Of a stretch of DNA of 64,000 nt, positions 40,069 to 51,500 are shown piece after piece. Both the position numbers and the translations under genes were made by a program. The notes beneath the pieces were generated by a model. It did no database searches, was not told the origin of the DNA, and saw only the letters and a list, made by a program, of their open reading frames with translations. The stretch covers positions 219,792,001-219,856,000 of the forward strand of contig NC_086097.1 of the NCBI RefSeq assembly GCF_963921235.1, written 5' to 3'. Source of the stretch: Mobula hypostoma (Eukaryota). Position 1 is the stretch's first letter. Every line of letters begins with the position of its first letter.

Positions 40069-43000
40069 CCAGTGTATTACAGTAATGGGTTCTATTGCCT
40101 ATTTTATAAATCTGATTGATTGGCTTTCTATGAACGTGAGTAAGCTCACTGGGCTGATGTAGGTACCTGATTTGTCCCTTCCAGTTTTGGGACATTTTGC
40201 CACACTGAGCTCTTGATCTTTTATTGGTTCCTCCAGTCCTCCCCTGAAGACAATGAATCACACAGAGCCATGACTTCAGTGGCATCTCCCTGCTGCCGCA
40301 CTGTAAGCCAGTCATTCAGCAGAAGCCTTTATTTGCAGACTGCTTTGCTAATAAGGATACGGTTTAATCATTTCCCAGCAGGGATCACAGGAGTTGGAAT
40401 CAAGGCTGAAATTTCATCCTAATTTGCGGCCTTTTTAGTTAAACCAAAGAGCTACTGGCACAGCCCCAAACGAAAGCAAAAATATACATAGAGAGGATTT
40501 GATGGAGATGTACTAGATCATGACAGGTTTAAATACAAGTAGAGGAAAGCAATTCCCATCAGGTTTTAAGGGCACTGATCCAAAGTGCCCCTAAAACCTG
40601 ATGAGAAGTTATTCTTCTTCCTGCCTGTCCAATTTCACATAGTAATTCCTGACTGCTTCTGTTTCCACCATCCCAGACAATAAACTGTTTGTATTTAAAA
40701 TGTTTTTCCTCGTATCTTCCCACAACTACTCCCATTAGGTTTTAGGGACACTTTGGATTGATGTTTTGGGAAGGTATGTGGAAAATCCTTTTTATGTAAA
40801 TACTGTTTATGATCTAGTGCTGATTGCTAGTAAACATGTTGGAAACAGGATTTGCTAATTGTAATTTGACAGATGGACAAAAGAACTTTCAGGGCCATTC
40901 TGAAGTAGCAGAGGAGTGGCACTGACTGGGTTATATGTAGAGTTACGGTCGGGATGTAATAGGTCAAATGGTCTTCCATGCTATAGGTCGTTTATGACTC
41001 TACATTTATTATTTGTATTAAATCATATGCAACTTGGTTTTGCAACAAAACACTTCTTAGCTTTCCCTGCAGTTTGTGACTTGTTAAGTGATAAAAATGA
41101 TGATTGAAGCTGGGAGTCTTATCAGCAACCTAAAGGTGCATTGTGCATCGTGCCGGCTCAGGCCAGTCACTTTCCCAGGGATGGGAAATCAAGAAACAAT
41201 AGGCATAGGTTTACAGTGAGAGGGGACTCATTTAATAGGAACCTGGCGGGGTGGGGGGGGAGGCAATTTTTTTAAATCTAGAGATGGTTAAGCAGCCAGA
41301 GAGAGGTGTTGTGGCAGGTGCATTTACAACATTTACAATGTACCTTGATGGCTACATGGATACCGAAGATATAGAGAGATACAGGCTAAATGTGGGCAAA
41401 TAGCACTTGCTTGGATGGAAATCTTGATTTGGCTTGAACTATTGAGCCAAAGGGCCTGTTTTTATGCTGTATAGCCCTACAACTCTATGATGCTGTTTAC
41501 CAATGTGTGCAATTTGACTGGGAAAGATTATTTATGGGTGATTAGGATGTGAGAATTGGGTGTATAGATTGAGCTGCTAAGCCCATTTGTCACATATCGT
41601 TCATAACCCTTTTAACCCCAATTTGCATCTTGTAACAGATACGGTATATCTCTAAAGCTGGAAATGAACGTGGCATGTGGAATGACCTATATATATTGTT
41701 CCTGCCACTGCTTAGTTGAGAGTTACTGACATCTATATATGAATCCTGTTTATACCTCCATCTCTGTTTAATTATCTCTGCTTTCAGCAACACTAAGGAT
41801 CTAAAAAACTATACATCTGTCCTGGAAAAAAGCTTCCTCTCATCTTCCTGCTTTCTATCATTTTGCTTTCTGATCACTGTTCACATCAGGAACTGTCCTC
41901 ACCCTCCACCCTACCTCTTCCTTTGATTCCTCCCCCCACCAGCCCATCATGTCTCTTATCATGCTGATTTGCCAGGTATCACCCACAGCTTATTCCCTCA
42001 AGTCCAAGGAACACAAATGTGTTAATATTTGAAAACACAGCTATACCCAGATCTATCTTGATGCTATCTGCCTCTGCCACACTCAGCTCATTTCTGCCTA
42101 AGCAGCCTACTTCACTAGTATTAGGAGTGAAACAATAGCTTTGAACAGTGTCCCAGCTCTTAACCTTGACTAAACTGCAAAAGTGCTTCACTGACTATAA
42201 AAGATTTTGGGCTGGCTTGACAACAAGAAATATACCATGTAATCCCTCTGTTGCTTGTCTGAATGGCTGATTTTGTCTCTCACTAATATAAAAACAGAAA
42301 ATGGCAGCAACATCAGTAAGTCAGTAAGGCTTTGTCTATATCTGTTCATCTGTCTGTCGGGCTGGATGTCTCCATCTCACTTGTCTGACTGGCCAGGCTT
42401 CTGTCTCTGATCAATTCATTCAGTCGTACTACCAACCAACACAAGTACCATCACTGTGTCAACATTAGCTTCCCACTGTTACATCATGTTAAACATCACA
42501 CAAATATCAATTACTTTTGCTTGTGCATGCCTCCATTTGCGCTTGTCTGCCCCGATTTACCTACATTATGCTACTGTAACGCTGGTGTAAGTGTTTTAAC
42601 TCTCAGTGGACGACAAGACTACATAACCTCTAACAATGTCAGGTCAGCAATCCCTAATTGCGGTGTTTATCTCATGAGCAACACTGGTCTGCTGTGGCAG
42701 GCTCCTAAGCAACAACGAGAGCAGTTGATACTGGTGGGATTAAGAATAATGTTACTGTAGGAGAGAACAGTAGTATCTCAGCTCAGCCATCCTTGTAATC
42801 GGCTTCCTAAATCCGCTTGTAGTTCAATGAAACTTGTTTATAATACTCTGCTGAAGATTCCAATTAATCACACATGATTCCCTGGAACCAATCTACTCTC
42901 ATTTAAGCAGTAAATGAAAACAAACTACTTATTTGCATGATTACTTTTAGCAATTGAATCGAATCCTCTCTGCTACTTCCAGTATTTCTGCAGATGTATA

Positions 43001-44015
43001 AGAGCTCAGTTTGTACCCTTCTAAAGTACAACAAACTGGTGTAAATAAGATATTGAAGGGTAGTAAAATAGTGTGAAAAGAAAATTAAATTCCATCAATG
43101 GTTTATTTAAACATGGTGTGATCGAAAGATCATTTTGTCCTGAGATCATTATGTTCTAAGAATGTTATGTACAAGTTCATAGAAACATCAGTACCTCCAA
43201 CATCAATACCTTCATAACAAGATCATAGAAACATCGGTACCTCCAAGTTCTCCTCCCATGCCTTACATTAACCAGATTTCACAACGTATGGTCATTTCTT
43301 CATTGTTGTCGTTGGATTAGGGTGTAGAATTGTTATTTTTCTTTTTGTTGAACTTTTTTATCCTTACTTATAATTTCTATATAATCACCTATGTACATAT
43401 AATTGTTCAATAAATTTTCCAGGAATTGTAGTATATTTGATTCTGTATTTTTCTAGAAGCTTCTTAGTTTTTCTGCAGCAGGTGTCATGCCACTTGAATC
43501 TGGCTATTTAGTTAGTTAACTAGTTATCAATCGAATATGCTTTTATTTCTACTCTTAGTATGAGATTAACACGACTTCTTTATTTGTCTTTTTTTTTCTT
43601 AATTCATTCTTTGTTCTTGTAACACTTAATAAAATGGCCGTAACCATCAAGTTTTATGCCTCACTCTTTGAGGAGTCTCTGGATCAATGTCACCAGATCT
43701 AAGATTGCTGAATCAAAATCCTAGAGCATTCTGCAGTATTTAATAGTACCATGAGAGCACCTTCACCACATGGGGTTAAAGATGTATATCGACTTCTCAA
43801 TCAGAATTAAGAATAAATAATAGATGCTGGCCTTCTCAGCAAAGCTGGCATTCTGTGTGTAAGCAAAACAAACTCTTGTTAAGTGAAGCAACAGTACATT
43901 ATGTCCCCAATTCAGAAAGGTGTATGAGTTAGCCAGTTCTCTGCATCTTAGCATGTCCACAGCATTGATGCTATTGTTCTTTTCAGTTTTACAGGTAATG
44001 GTTTTGTTAAACTCG

Positions 44016-44580
44016 GGTCCTGATGAAGCATCTCAGCCTGAAATGTTGATTATTTATTCCACTCCATAGATACTGCCTGATACTTTATACTTTATTGTCG
44101 CCAAACAACTGATACTAGAGCGTACAATCATCACAGTGATATTTGATTCTGCTCTTCATGCTCCCTGGAGTACAAATCGATAGTAAATATTAAAAATTTA
44201 AATTATAAATCATAAATAGAAAATAGAAAAGGGAAAGTAAGGTAGTGCAAAAAAACCGAGAGGCAGGTCCGGATACTTGGCGGGTACGGCCCAGATCCGG
44301 GTCAGGATCCGTTCAGCAGTCTTATCACAGTTGGAAAGAAGCCGTTCCCAAATCTGGCCGTACGAGTCTTCAAGCTCCTGAGCCTTCTCCCAGAGGGAAG
44401 AGGGACAAAAAGTGTGTTGGCTGGGTGGGTCGTGCCCTTGATTATCCTGGCAGCACTGCTCCGACAGCGTGCGGTGTAAAGTGAGTCCAAGGACGGAAGA
44501 TTGGTTTGTGATTTACTGAGTTCCAGCATTTTGTATGTGTTACTCAAGATTTCCAGCCTCTGCAGAATCTCTTGTGTTTA
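44016..44580 (+). mobile_element. Penelope pseudo-LTR fragment (hammerhead motif 44016-44051) interrupted by a Rex1-like 3' end at 44081-44510 (- strand)
   Basis: The host reads GATACTGCCTGA|...|TTTACTGAGTTCCAGCATTTTG across the insert. The insert encodes LPSLDSLYTARCRSSAARIIKGTTHP...LPSGRRLRSLKTRTARFGNGFFP. Confidence 0.8.
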
Positions 44581-44867
44581 GTGAGTTGTTATTGTGCCTT
44601 GGGGAACAAAATTTGGTATCATTAGTTCTACAGCAAATGACGTGACATTTGGTACTCTTGGCACAATGTGCTCCTTAATAAGGATGCCAGGAGCTTTGGA
44701 CCTGATCTCAATTGATATACGTCTTAACTAAAGGTGGTAGACACAATAACCTGATGACACTTCTGTCACTTAGATATGACATTATGTGAATTAATTTTAG
44801 AGTAACACTTTATATTTTAGTATATTGAATCATCATCTACAGTTCTTCACCTACAGTCCAAAAGGTG

Positions 44868-45255
44868 CTGGAAAAAGGCCAGTAACATCATGAAGGCTGC
44901 TGCCCACACTGCTGATGGAATGTTTGCCCCACTCTCATCAGGGAGGAGGCTATGTAGCATCTACACCAGCTTCACCAGGTTCAAACACAGTTACTTTTCC
45001 CAAGCAGTAAGGCTGAGCAACACCTCCATTAACCACTGCTTTTATCATTTCCTGTCAGTTACCTTATGGCTAGAGTCACTTTATGGACATACAATCGATC
45101 TGTGTATAGAAGCTATCTTATGTATTTACTGCATGTTTATTGTGTTCTTTATCTCATTGTGTTTTTTTTTGGTGCTGCATCAGATCTGGAGTAATAATTA
45201 TTTTGTTCTTTACATTTGTGTACTGAAAATGACATCAAACAATCTTGAATCTTGA
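44868..45255 (+). mobile_element. Rex1/Babar 3' end. Further copies at about 47900-48835(-), 52098-52640(+), 53003-53580(-)
   Basis: LSSGRRL...FKHSYF here. IYKFTDDSTVVGRIS and LSPSGRR in the 48 kb copy. LNVKKTKELVVDLR and an (AGTCAT)n tail in the 53 kb copy. Confidence 0.8.
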
Positions 45256-46503
45256 GCAAGGAGTCTTCCATTGAGAGAATATAGAACATAGAAATCTACA
45301 GCACATTACAGGCTGTTTGGCCCACAATGTTATGCTGACCATGTAACCTTCCCTAGAAACTGCCTAGAGTTTCCCTAGCACATAGCCCTCTATTTTTCTA
45401 AGCTCCACGTACCTATCTAAAAGGCCCTTAAAAGACCCTATTTTGTCCGCTTCTACCACTGCCGCTGGCAGTGCATCCCATGAACTCTTTGTGTGGAAAA
45501 ACTTACCCCTGACATCCCTTCGGTACCTGTTTCCAAGCACCTTAAAATTCTACCCCCTCATGTTAGCCATTTCAGCCCTGGGAAAAAGCCTCTGGCTGTC
45601 CACACGATCAAAACCCCTCATCATCTTATACACCTCAATTGGGTCATGTCTCATCCTCCGTCTCTCCAAAGAGAAAAGGCCGTTCACTCAACCTATTCTC
45701 ATAATGTATGCCCTCCAATCCAGGCAGCATCCTTGTAAATCTCCTCTGCACTCTGTCTCTTGTATCCACTATAGAAAGAAGTTAGTCTGAAGGACCTTGA
45801 GAGGAGATATGGGCTTGTATAGTTATGTATATGATTTATTTTCCTTCTTCCCATGGAATCAAATGAGAAAGACTGGAAACTGGATGGTCAGGAAAATAGT
45901 GACAGATGTAACCCTCTAACTACATCTTGCTTCAGCTGCTTGATTTGACGGCAGCTGTGTGAAACTCTACCTCTCAGTATCCCTAAAAGGTCCATGAAGC
46001 TGTGCACTGGGGCATGACATCAATTAGGTCAGTAGTGGACAAACAGAGAAACAAGACATACTGTGGTGCAGTACATTGGCAAGTCAGTTAGTGCTGTGAC
46101 ACATCTCCAGCAACCTGGGTTCCATTCTGCCAGTATTGAAATTATATTTCCCCTCTGACTACGTTGGTTTCTTCCTACATCCCAAAGACATGCTGGTTAT
46201 TGGGTTAATTTGCTTCTGCAGATTATCCTCAGTTAGATGGTGACAGGTGAGTTGATGGAGGTTGATGGGTATGTGAGGGAGAATGAATTACAGGGGTGTA
46301 AATGACAGGACTGCTCATTAATTCAAGGGCCAAAAGGAATGTAAGAAAAACTGAATAGTGCCAACCTGCACCGACAGAAGCCAACTTTAAGGTGAATGGT
46401 GTCCAAGTCTCCCGGAATGGAAAAAGCCAAGTACTATTTCAGATGTTGATTATTTCAATGTAAGTGCCACATTTTAATTGTTTTCCACTTCCTTCTCCCC
46501 CAG

Positions 46504-46655
46504 CTTTCTTTGGGAAATACCTCAATGAATACAATGGCAGCTACATCCCACCAGGATGGCGAGAGTGGGTTGGCCTTATAAAGAATTCTCGTTTCTATAA
46601 TTACACCCTTAGTCGCAATGGCTTTAAGGAGAAGCATGGATTTGATTATTCCAAG
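46504..46655 (+). CDS. SULF1: Sulf-1 third coding exon ([51 protein letters not shown])
   Basis: Strong polypyrimidine tract and CAG| at 46503. Donor AAG|GTATTT at 46655/46656. 152 nt, phase 1-0, in frame with exon 2. Contains the GKY sulfatase motif. Confidence 0.95.
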
Positions 46656-48459
46656 GTATTTAATTCGTTTGTTTGTAAGTGTGACCTCTGCACTTCATTT
46701 GCTACTATTTTGAATGAGTGGGTCCTCTGATTCTCAGGGAAAATGTGCGTAACTTGAAATTTCTGGATAGAAAGATAGATTCAGTAAGAGCAGTTACACA
46801 ATACATAACAAACATATAATACAGTATTTAATATATATTCAAAATTGTTTCACCAGGGTTAATCCTTTTAGAGAAGAATTGATTTAATTCAAAACACATG
46901 TTATTGGGTTTTGCATCAGTTTTTCTCTGTGTACCAGGGTAAGATCTGAAACCAGTTTCAATTTTCATTTTTATGATTGCCCCTCTGTTGTTCAGTATAA
47001 AGTCCACAGCAACTACACTTCCTCAGATTACTTAATGCGGTTGTCATTTAATTGTGGGAGAATGACTCTTTACAATGAGTGTGATGTAAGTACTCTGTGC
47101 ATCTGGGGCAGTGACATTCTTGCTCAGTCACTTTCTGTGGACAATATAGCTATTGGCCAAGGTGACCTCCACACTTCAATAAGATAAATTAGAGATTAAA
47201 TGCATTGAATATATTTCCATAGAAATCACCTTTAGAGGAGTTTGAAGTTTGGTGTATGTTTCTCTTTATCCCTTTTATATTGTTGATTCTCCATTTTGCC
47301 TCAGATTTGATTCCATTTATATGAGTTCTGTTGGTGATTGCCAATAAGCTAGGTGATAAGCCACTTTCTTGAAACACTGAAGCCCTTCTGGTGCAGTTTG
47401 GAGGGACACCTTAAGGTCGTGATTTTTCCATGTGCTGGCTGTCTTTGGTGGGAAAGGTTAGATGTTTGAGTGCTGTCAGATGGTCCATAGCAGCTACAAA
47501 GGATTGATTAGTTTGTGTAGCAGGTGCCAGTTAACCAGTCTGCCTTGTCCCGAGGATGTTGAGTTACTTAAATATTGAGGGAACTGCACTGATCCAGATA
47601 AATGAGGAGTAGCCCATGGCCGTTTCTTATCTGCCTTGTGGAAAGAGGAGAGAATTTGGGAGGATACCAGGTGGCAAGTTATTTATCAAAGAATATCCTG
47701 TTTGGAATCCGTAGTATTTATCTGAGTAGCCCAGCTGAGTCGCTGGTTAGTGATAATCACCCCCCCCCGCCCCACCCTCAGCACAGTAACAGTGGGACTT
47801 TCAGAGACACCATAGTCATTGAATACCAAAGGTAGGTGTTTACATTTTGTTGTTCCACATCATTTTAACTCAGACCCGTGAGGCATGGATGTTACTTAGA
47901 ATAGTGAGGTAGTGTTCATGGGTTTATGGACCATTCAGAAATCTGACAGCGAAGGAGAAGAAGCTGTTCCTAAAATATTGAGTGAGCATCTTCAGTCTCT
48001 TTTTCCCTCCTCCCTGATGGTGATAATGAGAAGAGGACGTGTGCGGGGTAGTAAGGGACCTTAATGACTGATGCCGCCTTCTTGAGGCGCCACCTTTTGA
48101 AGATGCCCTCAAAAGTGAGAAAGGTTGTGCCTGTGATGGAGCTGGCAACCCTCTGCAACGTTTTCCAATCTTGTTCATTGGAGGCTCCATACCTGGCAGT
48201 GATGAAACCAGTCAAAATTCTCTCTAGAGTACATCTGGAGAAATTTGCTAAAGCCTTTCAGATCTTCTCAAATTCCTAATGAAGTATATTCTCTCACGTG
48301 TTTTCTTTGTAATTGCATCAAAATATTAGGCCCAGGATAGACCCTCTGTGATATTGACTTGCAGGGGATTGAATCTGCTTACCCCTTCCATTGCTGACCC
48401 TTCAGTGAAACTGGTGTGTGTTTTCCCATCTTCCCCTTCCCGAAGCCCACAAACAATTC

Positions 48460-48507
48460 TGTAACACCCTGGGAAGGAAACCAGCCGAGAGAACCAGCGG
48501 GGTTGCA
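48460..48507. mobile_element. 48-bp TG...CA mini insertion (putative internally deleted LTR) inside a Rex1 copy
   Basis: TGTAACACCCTGG...CCAGCGGGGTTGCA with inverted termini, flanked by ATTC (48456-48459) and ATCC (48508-48511). The host Rex1 sequence is continuous across it. Confidence 0.6.
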
Positions 48508-51500
48508 ATCCTTTGGTCTTGCTGATGCTGAGTACAAGGAGGCTATTGCGACACAACTCAACCAGTCAACCTTTCTCGCTCCCATACACGTTTTCATCAC
48601 CACCTGAGATTCTGCCAACAACAGTGCTGTCATCAGTGAATTTATAGATGACATTTGAGCTGTGCCTAGCCGCATAGTAATGAGCATAGAGAGAATGGAA
48701 CAGTGGTATACGCAAAGAGATATTATTGCCAATCCGTACTGACTGTGGTCTCCCAATAAGGAAATCGAGGGTCCATTTGCAGAAGGAAGAACAGAGATCT
48801 GTGTTTTGAAGCACATTGATTAGAACTGAGTGGTTGTTTAAACAGTGCATATTTGAATATTATCTAGGCTTTGCAGCATGCAAGCATGGGTTAATTTATT
48901 TCCTGACAAGTAAGGTACTGCCTATTGAAGATATATTGTGGGTATTGCCTTCTGCGTAAGTTCTCTCCAATTCTCTCTGGCTTCTCATAGGGAAAGGTGC
49001 CCCAAGCCAGCAAAAGCTGCTTAGAAGTCAGGAGTTCAGATTAATAGCTTGAAAACAGATGAAAACCCTCTGGTTAATCAGTAGACAAGAACACAGCAGC
49101 AACTCTACTCCATTCAGTGCATCTGCACTGTTACTAGTGGAGTTGGAAGACCCTCCCTAGCCAGTAGCACCAAGTCCTGATGCAGGGTTTCAACCTGAAA
49201 CACAGCCAGTTCCTTTGCTTGGCACAGATGCTCCTTGACCTGCTGATTTCCTCCAACAAACTGTTTGTTATTCCAGCACCACAGATTGGTCAGTAAGAAA
49301 TAGGGAAAGGCCAATAGACTTCAACCTTCAACACGTTTCACGTGTCAATCTGTGTGAATGTATGATATAAAATTAGAAGATGCTGAAAAAATTCAGCAAG
49401 TCAGGCAGCCCCTGTGGAAAGAGAAATGTTAATGCTTTGGATCTGGAACTCTTCATTCTCTTCATTAGAATGGAGAAAGAGAGAAATAAGTGAAGGAGGG
49501 TGCCAGGTAGAAAAAGAAGGAAGTTTTCCTGCTAGGAGGATATGTTTGATTCCTGTTATAGTTGTGACCAGACCCAAACCAGTCTCAGTACAAACAAACA
49601 TGCAGAGGAGATCAAGTGGAACTGTCTCTGGGAATCACTGAGATTAATTAATTTCAGATCAGATAAAATAGTAATGTGTAATTGTCAGCCCATCAGCCAT
49701 AACCATTGCCAGGGTTAGTGAGGCAAGGCTACCAGATATATTACCTGCCTGGGGCCTAAGGACAATCTCTAATACTTGAGATTCAGTGGTGCCAAATGCC
49801 TTAAATGTAAAATGTATCATGGCCTGGCTCTGTTGGCACTGGCCATCTGACCCCTCCTCCTATCACCCAGTTTCTTTCCTTTTTCTCACCTACTCCATCT
49901 GGTCATCAGTCACATATTCTTCCCACTGGGTTCCATCTCCCCTTCCCACAGATCCCATCTGCCCAACATCCTTTCCTTTGGTTGCACACTTTCACCTTCA
50001 CCTTAATTTTTTAACAAATTTCATCATTTGCAGCCCTTTGTAGCCTCCAGCCATCAGCTCCCAGTCTCTATCTCCATCCTTTGTTCCCATGTGTGACTCC
50101 ATCTGCCAATCAATCATCCACTTATTGCTTTCTAGTTCTTGCTCCACTTCTCCCTTACTTTTTACACTGGCTATCTCCCCTCTGGCCTTTTATTTCAGAT
50201 GAGGTGTCTCGACCTGAAACGTGGATGGATTATTTCCCTCCACAGATGTTGCCTGACTTGCTGAGTTCCTCCAGTAACTCTCTTTTTGCCTCTGTATTAA
50301 TGCCTGGTCCATATGCCTCATCTGCTTCCTATCAATGGCTCATCTCACACACACCTATTACATCTCACACCTATTTGCAATACATTCAGTTGGTCAGATA
50401 CTCCTCCACATCGACATCACCCATTATAATTCCTGTATATTCAGATTAACATCCAGAATTTCTCATGCATCATTTGCTTTATCCCAATGTTTAACAAGTA
50501 TACAGTATATATACAGTATATACACATACAAGATGAAAAACCAATAAGTGTACAATGTCCTGATTAGTTTCCAGGGTCAGTTCAGTATTAATTAAAGATT
50601 GTGGCTCTGATACAATACAGGCATTCAATAGGAGTAGTTTGAACATTGATTTTCTTATTATCAATATACTCTCTGACTATGTTTACCTACTCCCTATTTA
50701 ATCCTTATTTAAACAGTCCTTCAACATATCCTCAGTTAGAGCCCTATGAAGAGCCTGACCTAATGCAGCATTGAATAAGCACACATATACTAAATCCAAT
50801 GGATTATTTTTTTGTCCCCAGAATCTCAACACGTATCAACAAATTATTAGATTTTAGGGACCAAACTGTAATTTCTCAATTTCTTTGTGCCAATTGAGTC
50901 ATTGTAATTAATTAAATTACAGTGGGAATATTAGCCTCCATCAAGAGCACGGGCTTTGTCTTTTTGTGTGTAGTTACTTACTGATTCTATTGCAGTTTTT
51001 GTTCTACTGTGAATCTTGAGGTAGTATATGTTGACATATACGTACATTTGGCAATAAATTTACTGTGAACTTTGAATGGGCTCCAGTGCCACTACATCAC
51101 CAGGACTGGCAAGAAAAGTAGCCAAAAATCAATTTATAAAATAAAAATTGATGAACTAGTAAAGTAACTGACAAAAGACAGTGAATCAAAGCTATTATTT
51201 ATGCCACCAGAGTACCCAGCGACTGACTTTGTAATATTAGCTTGATTTTCCAATTAGATTATCTTACAATCAATCACAGGTATGCAGCATTCAATATTTA
51301 AAAGAGCAAAAAAAAATTAAAACCTGGAGCTCTGAATCATTAGGTTTCCATGAGTATTATATGAATGACTATATTTAGCCTGCAGACAAAGGCTATATTT
51401 TTAAAAGATATTACTTTTTAAACAAGAACGTCATCCGAGTTTCAAAACAGGTTGAGAGGAAGTGATTCCAGTTTAGGCTCAACATTAATATTACTATAAA

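Noticed and set aside
51255..51285. GATTATCTTACA (DYLT) followed by CAG|GTATG, resembling the start of the next SULF exon
   Set aside because: The AG overlaps the Asp codon (wrong phase), and the DLITN...HAAPHG continuation is absent. The next exon probably lies beyond the window.
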